Part shown: one piece after another, positions 19,528 to 29,206 of the stretch
Layout of the letters: each line of letters starts with the position of its first letter
How positions within the stretch are numbered: the first letter of the stretch is position 1
Assembly: GCA_038208905.1 (NCBI GenBank)
Contig: JBBQYG010000003.1
Coordinates: 2,697-66,696, forward strand
Length of the DNA stretch: 64,000 nt
Direction of reading: 5' to 3'
Source of the DNA: Candidatus Sumerlaeia bacterium
GTDB taxonomy: Bacteria; Sumerlaeota; Sumerlaeia; SLMS01
Program-made: the position numbers and the translations under genes
The notes under the pieces: model-generated
The model's input: the letters and a program-made list of their open reading frames with translations, nothing else
Told to the model about the DNA's origin: nothing
The model's database searches: none

Positions 19528-19546
19528 CCCGTGACACTGTCACGGG
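19528..19546. promoter_or_regulatory. Perfect 9-1-9 palindrome CCCGTGACA-C-TGTCACGGG
   Basis: Read directly from the sequence. Lies ~80-100 bp upstream of the minus-strand small ORF start (19448) and just downstream of the 19575-20015 gene. No flanking T-tract on either strand, so an operator-type site is more likely than a terminator. Confidence 0.3.
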
Positions 19547-19574
19547 AAAAATTAGCACGACGAACTCCCAGTTT

Positions 19575-20015
19575 CTACATCTGGAGCAGACTCTCTGAAA
19601 CGATCCGCTCGATTTCCTTCTCCGCGCTCTTATAGTCGCCGCGCTCCAGATAGAGCTGTACGATCAGCCGCCGCACGGCGCTCTTCACGTTCTGCTGGGG
19701 AACCTTCACGACGAGTTTCTCCAGCCATGTGATGGCCTTCCCCACGTCTCCCTGTGCCCGCTCCAGCTCGATGATCTGGACCGCGCAGAGGTAGATCGAC
19801 TTCTCCGGCTCCGACTCGGCGCTCAGGCTGCGCAGGTGCGGGTCCGTCCAGTGGGAGCTTGAAACCGTCAGCACTTCCCCCTGATTCACCGCCGCCTCCA
19901 GTTCAACCTTTTGGGGCGCCAACTGCTCCTCCGCCTGCTGGGCCACGATCATCGTGCCCCCTGCTGCCATCGCCCCTGCCACCGTTAAAGCCAGACCCCA
20001 GTGCTTGAGCCTCAT
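19575..20015 (-). CDS. Secreted hypothetical protein
   Basis: Signal peptide MRLKHWGLALTVAGAMAAGGTMIVAQQ. 146 aa. Charged helical C-terminal part. Confidence 0.5.
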   Translation of the reverse strand: MRLKHWGLALTVAGAMAAGGTMIVAQQAEEQLAPQKVELEAAVNQGEVLTVSSSHWTDPHLRSLSAESEPEKSIYLCAVQIIELERAQGDVGKAITWLEKLVVKVPQQNVKSAVRRLIVQLYLERGDYKSAEKEIERIVSESLLQM

Positions 20016-20209
20016 GGACGTGCCCTCCTGAACGGAATTTGATTCTTCCCACTGTACTCAAGTTCCTTGCCAACTTACCCAGCGGCAAGGGCAACGCCTC
20101 TGGTACCGACAAACCCACAGCGATTCCCAATTCCCCCCTTCAACCATTCCCCTTTCCCAGCGCCCCCCTCCCGCATACTGTATTCACGCGAGGCCTGAAT
20201 CCACACCCC

Positions 20210-21556
20210 ATGACCACCAAGAGCCGCAAGACCCCCATCACGGCGCCCCATCGGCTGCACCAGATGCTTCATCACCTGGGGTGGTCGCTCGGGGCATTGG
20301 AGAATGCCCAGCCCCTCGCCTGGGGGCATGGCACCACGGCTGCCCGAGGGTCTTGGCAGGCGGCGCTGCTCCCCGATGGGCAGGTGCTGCTCCTGATCCG
20401 GACCGAGAACCCCCTTCCCCAGCTCGGCGAATCGTTCAAGCGCTATGAGGATCTGGCACCCATGCACGCCGAGCTCCGTTCGGCTCTTCAACGCGAGCGC
20501 ATCGCCGGGCGCCATGTCCTTCTCTTCGATCCCGTCATGGGCGCGCAGCTGATCGACTTCGCCCAGGAGGACGTGCTTCTGGACGCCCGGGGAGAGGACG
20601 AGGTGACTGATCGACTCCTCCCGATACTGAATCTCAACGCCCTAGCCAAGGGCTCCCTTGTATCGTTCCCCCGCAAGACGCCGCACCACCGCGCGCGGGA
20701 GCTCGCGGATTGGACCAAGATTTGGTCCGCGCGCATCGGCGCCGCATCGGCCAGCTCGCCCGAGATCGCGCGACAGTTCCTCTTCTGGATGCACCTGACG
20801 AGGCTGGTGGAGCATCTGGGGCTGCTTTCCGCGAAGGGGAGTGGCTTCGCGGAGTATCCGCTCACGCCTAAGGTCGTGAACCCGGTCCGCTTCCTCACGC
20901 GGATCTTCACACCGCTCCATCGCGACTGGAACCTCCTGCAGGGCGCGCCCCTCGAGGTCCATCGCCAGATCGCCCACCGCGCCCACGAGGCGGAGCAGCT
21001 GGCGCCATGCCTCGAATCCTACAGCCGTATCTCGCGGAGCAAGTTCTCCGCAGCCATTTTCGCGGAGGCATTTGCCGACGAAGAGCTACGACTCGCGAGC
21101 TGGCGGGGATCGATCATGGAGTCCCCCGCGGCGGCGCTCGACGACCCGGCGCTGCGCCTGATCGAACCCACGACGATCAATCTGGACCAGACCGGATTCG
21201 CGGTGCTTTTCTCTCACTTCGATGCCATTGCCGAGGATCTTCGCCGCCTCGCCCGCGACCAGGCCGTGGCGGCTGAACGGGGCGCCCGCCCGGGGCTCCA
21301 AATGGATGCCTTTGCATCGGTGCCGCCCGCAATTCTGGAGGAGGAAGCTCCGCGGCTAGCCCTGCAGGTCGGGCTACGCGTCAAGACCTCGCGACGCGAT
21401 CGTGGAGAGGTTGCGCGGCTTGCCCTGCTCGCCCACGCGGCGGAGTGGCACGCGCGAATTGGCCGTGCCGCGCCGATCTTCCCGGCTCCGCGAATAGATA
21501 CGCCAGCGGCGCCACCGCCCCCGAGGCGACCCCCAGCCGATCCGAGTCTCAACTGA
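20210..21556 (+). CDS. Hypothetical protein
   Basis: Long ORF 20039-21556. Start assigned at internal MTTKSRK. No recognisable family signature. Confidence 0.4.
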   Translation: MTTKSRKTPITAPHRLHQMLHHLGWSLGALENAQPLAWGHGTTAARGSWQAALLPDGQVLLLIRTENPLPQLGESFKRYEDLAPMHAELRSALQRERIAGRHVLLFDPVMGAQLIDFAQEDVLLDARGEDEVTDRLLPILNLNALAKGSLVSFPRKTPHHRARELADWTKIWSARIGAASASSPEIARQFLFWMHLTRLVEHLGLLSAKGSGFAEYPLTPKVVNPVRFLTRIFTPLHRDWNLLQGAPLEVHRQIAHRAHEAEQLAPCLESYSRISRSKFSAAIFAEAFADEELRLASWRGSIMESPAAALDDPALRLIEPTTINLDQTGFAVLFSHFDAIAEDLRRLARDQAVAAERGARPGLQMDAFASVPPAILEEEAPRLALQVGLRVKTSRRDRGEVARLALLAHAAEWHARIGRAAPIFPAPRIDTPAAPPPPRRPPADPSLN

Positions 21557-21565
21557 CGGGGGAGC

Positions 21566-22249
21566 TTACTCCCCCTCGCGCGGCTTGAAGAACAGCGCCA
21601 GATAGATGAATGGCGTGTCGAGCACTGCGACGACGAGCTTGAAGAAATACGCCGTCAGGAATATCTCCGGCGCCGCGGCCAGCGGGAAAACTCCAAACAT
21701 GGTGGCGATCGTCGTGAACACCGCCGTGTCGATTAGTTGGCTCAGCATGGTGGACGCGTTGTTGCGCAGCCACAGGTGGCGCCCCTTGGTCTTCCGCTTG
21801 ATAACATCGTAGATGACCACGTCGTGGTACTGGCTTGCCACATAGGCCGCCAGCGACGCGAAGGCGATCCCCGGCACCAGGCCAAAGACCGCCTTGAGCG
21901 GCGCATGGGCCGTGTCGAAATCGCTCGGCGCGTAGTTGACCGCAAACGTCATGTGGACCGCCGCGAGGAACATCGCCAGAAAGCCCAGGATCACGCCGCG
22001 GCGGGCTTCCTTCTTTCCGTAGAACTCGCCCAGCATGTCCGTCGCCAGGAAGATGCTCGCATAGAGCGTATTCCCCAGCGTGGTGTTGATGCCGAAAAGG
22101 CGCACCTGCTTAAGCACCTCGATATTGCACAGCACGATGCTCAGCACGATGGAAACGTGCAGCCCCACCCGCCCAAAAAAGCGGTAGAACACCAGCACCA
22201 TCCCAAGCGTCAGAAGAAGCGAGACGAACCACAGGACTTCGTTGAGCAT
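21566..22249 (-). CDS. yhhQ: Queuosine-precursor transporter YhhQ/DUF165 (VUT family)
   Basis: 227 aa, polytopic membrane protein. Conserved-looking stretches VLSIVLCNIEVLKQV, ASLAAYVASQYHDVVIYDVIKRKTKG and FTTIATMFGVFP are typical of the YhhQ family. Confidence 0.7.
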   Translation of the reverse strand: MLNEVLWFVSLLLTLGMVLVFYRFFGRVGLHVSIVLSIVLCNIEVLKQVRLFGINTTLGNTLYASIFLATDMLGEFYGKKEARRGVILGFLAMFLAAVHMTFAVNYAPSDFDTAHAPLKAVFGLVPGIAFASLAAYVASQYHDVVIYDVIKRKTKGRHLWLRNNASTMLSQLIDTAVFTTIATMFGVFPLAAAPEIFLTAYFFKLVVAVLDTPFIYLALFFKPREGE

Positions 22250-22250
22250 T

Positions 22251-24800
22251 CTAGAAGAGGTTCCAGTTCTCCGGCGATGTCTCTGCGCGGATCAGGCGAA
22301 ATCGCAGCGCGTCGGCGATCAGTGTCTCGTTGCCCGTGGTGTTCCCGTGGATCGACACGTAGACTCGCCCCTTGGCAAAACGGAAGGAGTTCTGGTCCAC
22401 GACTCCATCGACATCGATGAACCACCCGCCGGTCGTTTGGCTGTCGGTTCCGGTGCGTTGGGTGACCGCGGTGTTGCGCGTCACGCCGTTGCCGTCCACG
22501 AAGCGATACTGCGCGCCGCGGGCAAAGGCTGTGTTGTTCCTCACCCATCCGTCAATGGCCCAGTTCCCCGCGCGCGGCAGGTCCACGATCCAGACCGAGA
22601 CCGCGTCGAAGGGGAACGACGCGTTGGAGAAGAACCGCGCATTGCCGCCGAAGTACCCCGCCAGATTGGAAGTCTGCCAGTTCCCCGTCGTCCCGATGTC
22701 GTCGTAGTTCAGCGCCTGCGGGGTGCTGTCCACGATGACTTCGGTGACGGGGGAGCCGGGCGCCACCACGGGCGGCTTGGGCTCCTTGGGCTGGGGCGCT
22801 ACCGCCGCGCGAACAAGACGCAAGGCGCTGGCGTTCATGCGCGAATCGGTGGAACCGCCGAGGTTGGTCTGCGTCGCATTGTCGAACTCGATGAAGTGCC
22901 CAGCTCCAGTCTGAAAGTCCAGGGTGCCGATGGGGAACCAGCCATTTCCAGCGTTGGCGGCCGTCAGATCGATGGTGGTGGTCCGCTCCCCTCCTGCATC
23001 GTTGAAGCGCGACGTGATGCCGAGGGCGTTGGCGCTCGCGAAATTGAAACTCGTGACAAAGGCGCTGTACCGTCCCGTGGGAAGATTCCCCGGCGTGAAC
23101 CGCGCGCGGTCGTTTCGCCCGGTCACGTCGGCGGGCAGCGCAAAGCGCGACCCGATGCTCGGCGTCGTTCCCGGCGCGCTGCTCTGCGAGTTGCTGTCGC
23201 CGAAGGAGCCCACTTCCGAGTAGTCGGCGAGATTCTTCCCGCCGGCCCGCGTCTCGATGATGTACTCACCACCTGAAACGGATACCGGCCCAATATCGGC
23301 CCGCGCCTGATTGTTCCAATTGTCATAGGCGACGACACTGTAATGCGTGGTCGCGCTGCCCGCCGTCACATCGTCGAAGGTAAAGCTGCTTCGCGCCGAT
23401 TCCAGATCCCACCACTCCATCAGCATGTTGGAGTAGTACAAATCCACCGCGCTCTTGGTATCGCGATAGAGACGATAGTGGACCGGCAGGTCGCCGTCGC
23501 CAGCGGCGGAAGGACGCGCGAAGGTGACGCGGGGAACGCCGTCCACCAATGCAACCTGCGCGCCGGCGGGCGCGTTTGGGGGCACAGTCTCCTCACCGAG
23601 GGCGATCTTGTGAGCCACCGGCGGCACATCGGCCCACGTCGCCATCGGGCCACCGGGATTGAAGAGATCCTGAGCGAGCTGCGTCGCTGGCGTGCCGTCG
23701 TCGAAGAGTGCGCCCTTCGCAAAAAACACATAGCCATCCGGCTTGCGCGCGTTGGCCTCCAGCGCGTTCACCGCCTGCAAATTCAGCGAGCCATCTCCTG
23801 CGTCGAGGAAGAGGTAGGAGCCGATCGCGCAGACCAGCGGGCGCTTGAACTGGTCGCCGTTCTGCGCCAGTTTCGCCACATAGAAATTCCAGTCATCCAT
23901 GGTGCCCGCCACGGTGCTGGAGTAGCACCCGGGATACAGGATATCGATCGCGTTGTTGGCGACCCACCAGTTGTATCCCTGACCGAGGAACTCGACCGAG
24001 TCGTCGAAATTGACGAGGAACGCCGACGAATCGACCCACGGCTTTTCCAGGCGCGTCTGGTTGTGGACGCGTTGGACAAGCTGGGAAATCTGGTCGCGGC
24101 GCCACGCCTCGTAGACCTCCTCCAACTGGGCGCCAGTGTTCTGTGTGTCGAAGTTCCACCCGGTTTCGGCAAGGAACTGCGCCTTTGTGGCGGGGTCGAA
24201 TCCAGCGTCGGAATTGATCAGGCGAATGTAGTCAAAGTGGACGCCGTCCACGTCGTAGTTTCGCACGACATCCATGAACACGTTGTACACGTAGTCCTGT
24301 ACCCCCGGAATGCCGGGATCCAAGGGTGCATCCTCTGCTGAGGTGAACGTGACGCCCGCGCGATCCTCGGTCACCCACTCGGGATGCGTGTTAAAGACAT
24401 GGCTAGGGCTGGCGGGGATGGCTGCCGGGCGGTTCCACGTGTTGAAAGTGGTCAGCCACGCGATCACCTCGCGCCGTGGCGTGGCATTGTGGCACCGGTC
24501 TATGTAATACTGGAGAATATCCAGGTCGCCCGGGACAATCGTGTAGAGCTGGCCTCGCGGGTCGGGATTCGGATACGTGCTATCTTCGCGGTTTGGATAG
24601 TAGTAGGAATCGGCGCGGGCGCGCACCTGCACAAACACCTGGTTGATGTTGCTGCCAAGGATCTGCTGGATTGCCTCTGCGCTGCGCGCCTCCGTGTTCG
24701 TGTCGAACGTTGGTATATACACGCCGCGATACTGCCCCTGGCCGGGGGCCGTCCCTGCCAGCGCCGTCATCAGCGCGGCCGCCATCCATCGCGTCCTCAT
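22251..24800 (-). CDS. Secreted glycoside-hydrolase-like family 10 (GHL10, PF02638/YngK-like) protein with additional C-terminal beta-sandwich domains
   Basis: Start at internal MRTRWMAAALMTALAGTAPGQ (ATG 24798-24800). GHL10 hallmarks QVFVQVRARADSYYYP ... VDGVHFDYIRL. ~850 aa. Confidence 0.6.
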   Translation of the reverse strand: MRTRWMAAALMTALAGTAPGQGQYRGVYIPTFDTNTEARSAEAIQQILGSNINQVFVQVRARADSYYYPNREDSTYPNPDPRGQLYTIVPGDLDILQYYIDRCHNATPRREVIAWLTTFNTWNRPAAIPASPSHVFNTHPEWVTEDRAGVTFTSAEDAPLDPGIPGVQDYVYNVFMDVVRNYDVDGVHFDYIRLINSDAGFDPATKAQFLAETGWNFDTQNTGAQLEEVYEAWRRDQISQLVQRVHNQTRLEKPWVDSSAFLVNFDDSVEFLGQGYNWWVANNAIDILYPGCYSSTVAGTMDDWNFYVAKLAQNGDQFKRPLVCAIGSYLFLDAGDGSLNLQAVNALEANARKPDGYVFFAKGALFDDGTPATQLAQDLFNPGGPMATWADVPPVAHKIALGEETVPPNAPAGAQVALVDGVPRVTFARPSAAGDGDLPVHYRLYRDTKSAVDLYYSNMLMEWWDLESARSSFTFDDVTAGSATTHYSVVAYDNWNNQARADIGPVSVSGGEYIIETRAGGKNLADYSEVGSFGDSNSQSSAPGTTPSIGSRFALPADVTGRNDRARFTPGNLPTGRYSAFVTSFNFASANALGITSRFNDAGGERTTTIDLTAANAGNGWFPIGTLDFQTGAGHFIEFDNATQTNLGGSTDSRMNASALRLVRAAVAPQPKEPKPPVVAPGSPVTEVIVDSTPQALNYDDIGTTGNWQTSNLAGYFGGNARFFSNASFPFDAVSVWIVDLPRAGNWAIDGWVRNNTAFARGAQYRFVDGNGVTRNTAVTQRTGTDSQTTGGWFIDVDGVVDQNSFRFAKGRVYVSIHGNTTGNETLIADALRFRLIRAETSPENWNLF

Positions 24801-24828
24801 GGCGTCCACTCCACGGTGGTCCAGTTCG

Positions 24829-25845
24829 TCAGTTGCCTGCCGCGTCCTGCGGTGCGGCAAACCTGACCTTCGGGGTCTCGCCCCCGTCGATCTTCCTGAG
24901 ATTGGCGATGGGATCCTCCTCCAGTCGGAGGAACTTGAACCCGACCAGCACCGCCTTGCCATCCTTTTCCAGTTTTTCCTTATCCTCCAGGCGGCGCGCC
25001 ACATAGGCCTGAATCGGCTCCTCGCGCACGCGGGGCGGTGTGGAGTGAAGGAAGTTCGCCGTGCCGTCCTCGCCAATCGCCACAAGTCCAACATGAGGCA
25101 CATAAGTCCCGCCCTTGGGACTGCTGACCACTACGTTCACGTAGTCGCCGTTGCGCAGCAGGGGCTCCACGCGGGGGAGCGCCGATAGCGGCACATAGCT
25201 CGTGGTCAGCTTCTCCTTGGGAATGTCGCGGTCGATCTTGTAGCGATTCTTCAGGAACTTCGCGCGATCGAAAGTCCCGCTAAACTCCTTCGCGTCGTCG
25301 CCCGCCAGTTCTGCGCTGATGTCGCGGACAAGCCACGCGTTGTTCACGTTCCAGTCGGCCTCTGTGTAATGGTTGCGCGTCGCCACGCCGATTTCGCCGT
25401 CCTTGTAGCGGATGCGCTGGAGCATGGTGAAGAACGACGTCCAGTCATGGGAGAGCGCCATCGCATAGCTGTGCTCGCTGAACACCACGCAGTCGCTCCG
25501 GTCGAGGCAATAGAGCGGCTGGGGATCGTACGTCTCCACGGGAAACTCCCCGAGTAGGTACAGTTCATAAGGCTGGCCGATATTCTTCCGCCCAATGCGC
25601 ACGATGCGGTCCGGCAGGCTGGGCTCCACCTTCTGCATATACGCGAGATAGGGCCCCAGCTCTGCTTCGCTGAACTTGTAGAGTGGCTTCGCATCAAGCA
25701 CCGCGATTTGGTCGGCGTCGAGGCCCAGCGTCTCGACGATGGCCAGCGACTCCGGCGACAGGGGCTCCACGCGGGGCGCGGTTCCGGCGCAGCCCGAGAG
25801 GGCGGCTGCCACGGCAAGGGACAGGCAAAGTGCGGTGCGGCGCAT
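24829..25845 (-). CDS. Lipoprotein, possible papain-fold (DUF1460-like) amidase
   Basis: Lipobox LAVAAALSGCAG. A candidate Cys/His pair (YCLDRSDCVVFSEHSYAMAL). The family assignment is from memory and uncertain. Confidence 0.45.
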   Translation of the reverse strand: MRRTALCLSLAVAAALSGCAGTAPRVEPLSPESLAIVETLGLDADQIAVLDAKPLYKFSEAELGPYLAYMQKVEPSLPDRIVRIGRKNIGQPYELYLLGEFPVETYDPQPLYCLDRSDCVVFSEHSYAMALSHDWTSFFTMLQRIRYKDGEIGVATRNHYTEADWNVNNAWLVRDISAELAGDDAKEFSGTFDRAKFLKNRYKIDRDIPKEKLTTSYVPLSALPRVEPLLRNGDYVNVVVSSPKGGTYVPHVGLVAIGEDGTANFLHSTPPRVREEPIQAYVARRLEDKEKLEKDGKAVLVGFKFLRLEEDPIANLRKIDGGETPKVRFAAPQDAAGN

Positions 25846-25866
25846 GGAAGACCTCGCTTTCGTGGG

Positions 25867-27153
25867 TTAGGGGTAGATGAGGAACTGGGCGCGCTTCTTC
25901 ATGAACTCGTCAACCTGGGGCTGATAGTAGGCGATGATGCTCTCCGCCGAGTCGCCGCGCAGGATGCGCTGGCGGATTTCCTTGTCGCCCATCACCTTGT
26001 CAAACATTGCGCGGCGCGGATTGTCGTCGTTGAACAGGCCGGCCTCTGGATACAGCCGCTGGAGCACTTCCATCATGTGGATCTGCGCCTCCACCGGTCG
26101 AATCTTGCGGTAGTCACTGATGTGGAAGTGTGCGCCTTGGACGATCTCGTCCTTGAACTTGGAGGCGTAGGGCTTGATCGTGATCGGCATAACCAACAAG
26201 CCGGGGATGTTCTTGGCGCGCATCGCCGCCGTAAACTCGTCGCGGTCGATGAACGGCGCCGCGATCAACTCAAACGCCAGGGGATATCCCACGCCGATCG
26301 AAACGTCGTTCAGCTCGCCGATGATTCCCGTCAGGTTATAGTACATCGCGTGGCGTGCGCTGGGAATGTTTGGCGATGACGGCACAAAGGGGAGCCCCGT
26401 GTCCCACTGGAGCATGTCGCGTTCATACCCGCGCAGCGGCACCACCGTCAGGTCGCACTTCTTCTTGTTGTAGTGCTCGTTGAACAGCCCCGCAATCTCG
26501 CCGGGCGTCATGCCATACATATAGGGGATCGCATAGAGCCCAACGAAGCTGGTGCCCTGCGACTCGTCGAGGATGTTTCCGCTCACGATGTCTCCGCAGG
26601 GATTCGGCCGATCAAGCACGAAGAAGGGAATTCCCGCCTCGCCGCACGCCTCCATCGCATAGGCCATCGTATAGATGTATGTATAGCTGCGCGAGCCCAC
26701 GTCCTGGATGTCATACACCATCGCGTCCAGCCCCTCCAGAAACTCCGGTGGCGGGCGGCGCGTCTTGCCATAGAGGCTGAACATCGGGATCCCCGTGCGC
26801 GCGTCCACGGTGTCGGCGACCTTGTCGCCCGCGTGAATCTCTCCGCGGACGCCATGCTCGGGCCCAAAGAGCTTCACCAGTTCGATGTCCGGATGATCGT
26901 TGAGCAGATCGATGGTCGAAACCAGCTTGCTGTCGGCGCCCGTCGGGTTGGTGATCAGGCCGATGCGCTTCCCCTTCAGCTTGGCCAAGTACGCCGGCTC
27001 GGTCAACAGCACCTCGACTCCGGGCTTCACGCGGGGATGTTCCAGGCTATACTGATCGAAGGAAGCAGAACCGAACTTGGCACCCGTCGAGCAGGAAAAG
27101 AGGAGCGGGAGCGAGAGGGCCATCACGGCGAAGCGGGCAAATCGAAAAACCAT
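25867..27153 (-). CDS. NamZ-like exo-beta-N-acetylmuramidase (DUF1343 family) lipoprotein
   Basis: Start at internal MVFRFARFAVMALSLPLLFSCS (lipobox). DUF1343 hallmarks KRIGLITNPTG, YDIQDVGSRSYTYIYTMAYAMEA, FFVLDRPNP. Confidence 0.65.
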   Translation of the reverse strand: MVFRFARFAVMALSLPLLFSCSTGAKFGSASFDQYSLEHPRVKPGVEVLLTEPAYLAKLKGKRIGLITNPTGADSKLVSTIDLLNDHPDIELVKLFGPEHGVRGEIHAGDKVADTVDARTGIPMFSLYGKTRRPPPEFLEGLDAMVYDIQDVGSRSYTYIYTMAYAMEACGEAGIPFFVLDRPNPCGDIVSGNILDESQGTSFVGLYAIPYMYGMTPGEIAGLFNEHYNKKKCDLTVVPLRGYERDMLQWDTGLPFVPSSPNIPSARHAMYYNLTGIIGELNDVSIGVGYPLAFELIAAPFIDRDEFTAAMRAKNIPGLLVMPITIKPYASKFKDEIVQGAHFHISDYRKIRPVEAQIHMMEVLQRLYPEAGLFNDDNPRRAMFDKVMGDKEIRQRILRGDSAESIIAYYQPQVDEFMKKRAQFLIYP

Positions 27154-27250
27154 GCGGGGGTCACCTTGCGGGAGGAATTCCCACGAGCTTCCAAACCTGC
27201 CCCGTTGCCGCAACCTGAAATGGGCACCTCGGGCCATTATGGACAAGAAA

Positions 27251-28123
27251 TCATGGGAGCAACATCGTCCCGCAGCCGCTTTCCGTGAAGACCTCCACCA
27301 GTAACTGGTGCGGTTCCACGCCGCTCAGCACATGCACCTGGCTCACGCCGTTCTGGAGCGCCCGGACGGCCTCTTCCACCTTGGGGATCATGCCATCGCT
27401 GATGATTCCCTCGCTGATGGCCTGGCGTGCCTGGGCCGCGCTAATCTGGCTAATCAGCGTCGTGGGATCGTTCAGGTCGGACATGATGCCCGGCTTATCG
27501 ATCATCAGCATCAATTTCTCCGCCTTCAGCTCTGCCGCGATTCGGGCGGCAATGGTATCGGCGTTGATGTTTAGCACCTGCCCCGTCGCGTCGGTGGAAA
27601 GGGGCGAAACCACCGGCAGGAATCCGGCGTTCAGCAGCGCGCGCAGGGCGTCCACATTGCACGCGACGATCTCGCCCACCATGCCGAAGTCGATATCCTG
27701 GTCGCCGCCGCCGGTCACCTTCCCGGGTGCCTTCTTGCGCGACTGGATAATCCCGGCGGATAGCGCGGAGAGACCCACCGCGCGCACGCCCGCCGATTGC
27801 AGCGACGCCACGATCTCCACGTTCAGCTTGCCGGAGAGCATCATCTTCAACACGTCGATGGACTCGGGGCTGGTAACGCGGCGGCCCGCAATCTTGCGCG
27901 ACTCCACCCCCAGCTTCTTCTCCATCTCCGTCACCTGGGCGCCCCCCCCGTGGACGATGACAAGGTTGATGCCCACGCTGTACAGGAAGGAGATGTCCTC
28001 CGCGAGCTTCTCCTGCAATTCGCGTGTGCGGATCGCCTCTCCCCCGAACTTCAGGACGAATAGCGCGCCCTTGAACTTCCGGAGGTAGGGGAGCGCCTCT
28101 CTCAGCAATCCGATATCCTGCAC
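27251..28123 (-). CDS. argB: Acetylglutamate kinase
   Basis: 290 aa. LVIVHGGGAQV, GRRVTSPESIDVLKMMLSGKLN, GFLPVVSPL...GQVLNINADT are characteristic of the AAK family. Confidence 0.9.
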   Translation of the reverse strand: MQDIGLLREALPYLRKFKGALFVLKFGGEAIRTRELQEKLAEDISFLYSVGINLVIVHGGGAQVTEMEKKLGVESRKIAGRRVTSPESIDVLKMMLSGKLNVEIVASLQSAGVRAVGLSALSAGIIQSRKKAPGKVTGGGDQDIDFGMVGEIVACNVDALRALLNAGFLPVVSPLSTDATGQVLNINADTIAARIAAELKAEKLMLMIDKPGIMSDLNDPTTLISQISAAQARQAISEGIISDGMIPKVEEAVRALQNGVSQVHVLSGVEPHQLLVEVFTESGCGTMLLP

Positions 28124-28180
28124 GTGGGTGTACCTCTCGAGTGAATTGCCGCGCGGCGGAACGCCGCGCCGTCCTGCATG

Positions 28181-29191
28181 CTACGTCAACATCCTGAGGA
28201 GAAGGGCCTTCTGCACGTGGAGACGATTCTCCGCCTCGTCAACCACCACGCTGTGGGGGGAGTCCAGAACCTCCGGCAGAACCTCCACGCCGCGCCTCAC
28301 CGGCAGACAGTGCATAAACAGCGCGTTATCGGTCCGGTTGAGGTGCTCGCGGGTCAACTGCCACTTCCCCTTCATGTTCAGCGTCACGCCCCGCTCCACC
28401 GCGGGATCGCCATAGTTCGTGATGCTGCCCCAGCTCTTGAAATACACGGCGCGCGCGCCCGGCAGCGCCTCGTCCAGTTCGTGATAGATCTTCACGCTGC
28501 CGCCTGCCGAGGCCGCGAGCTTGCTGGCAGTGTCCATGATGCCGGGATCCAATTCCCAGCCCGGGGGATGCGCCAGGCGCACCTCCATGCCAAACTTCGC
28601 CGCCTCCACCAGGATGCTATTGGAGACCGCCATTGGCAGTGGATTCACGTGCCACCCCCACGAGACCACGATGGGCTGGCCCTTCGGCTCGCCCAGCTTC
28701 TCGCGGATTGTCATGATGTCGGCGAGGCTCTGGCACGGGTGATGGCGCGAGGACTCCATGTTGATGATTGGTACGGTGGAATGGTCGATGAATCCGCGAT
28801 GCACGGGGTCGTGGCGGTTGGCCTCCCATGATTCGGTGTATTTGGGAAACGCGCGAATCGCCAAGGCATCGACATAGCGCGACAGCACCGGTGCCGCCTC
28901 GCGGATGTGCTCCACCGCCGTGCCGTCCATCACCACGTCGTCTCGGTACTCCAAGTTCCAGGTGTTGTCGCCCACGTTGAGCGACGTCGTGTGCCCGCCA
29001 AGCTGCTGCATCGCGATGTCGAAACTTGTCCGCGTGCGCAGCGACTGGTTGAAGAATACCATGCCCAAGGTCTTGTTCTGCAGCTCGCGGCCAAAGCGGC
29101 GCACCTTCAACTCCCGCGCAAGCTCCAGCAACTCCTGCGTCTCCGCGAGCGATAGATCGCCCGGCTCCATGAAAGTCGTCAGTGGCCTCAT
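28181..29191 (-). CDS. argF: Ornithine carbamoyltransferase-family enzyme, atypical (likely N-acyl-L-ornithine carbamoyltransferase, argF'-type)
   Basis: Carbamoyl-phosphate site SLRTRTSF (STRTR-like), HPCQ and HCLP motifs all present. The canonical ornithine-binding DxxxSMG is replaced (...YFKSWGSITNYG...). Confidence 0.7.
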   Translation of the reverse strand: MRPLTTFMEPGDLSLAETQELLELARELKVRRFGRELQNKTLGMVFFNQSLRTRTSFDIAMQQLGGHTTSLNVGDNTWNLEYRDDVVMDGTAVEHIREAAPVLSRYVDALAIRAFPKYTESWEANRHDPVHRGFIDHSTVPIINMESSRHHPCQSLADIMTIREKLGEPKGQPIVVSWGWHVNPLPMAVSNSILVEAAKFGMEVRLAHPPGWELDPGIMDTASKLAASAGGSVKIYHELDEALPGARAVYFKSWGSITNYGDPAVERGVTLNMKGKWQLTREHLNRTDNALFMHCLPVRRGVEVLPEVLDSPHSVVVDEAENRLHVQKALLLRMLT

Positions 29192-29206
29192 CGGTGCGTT
29201 GCTCCC

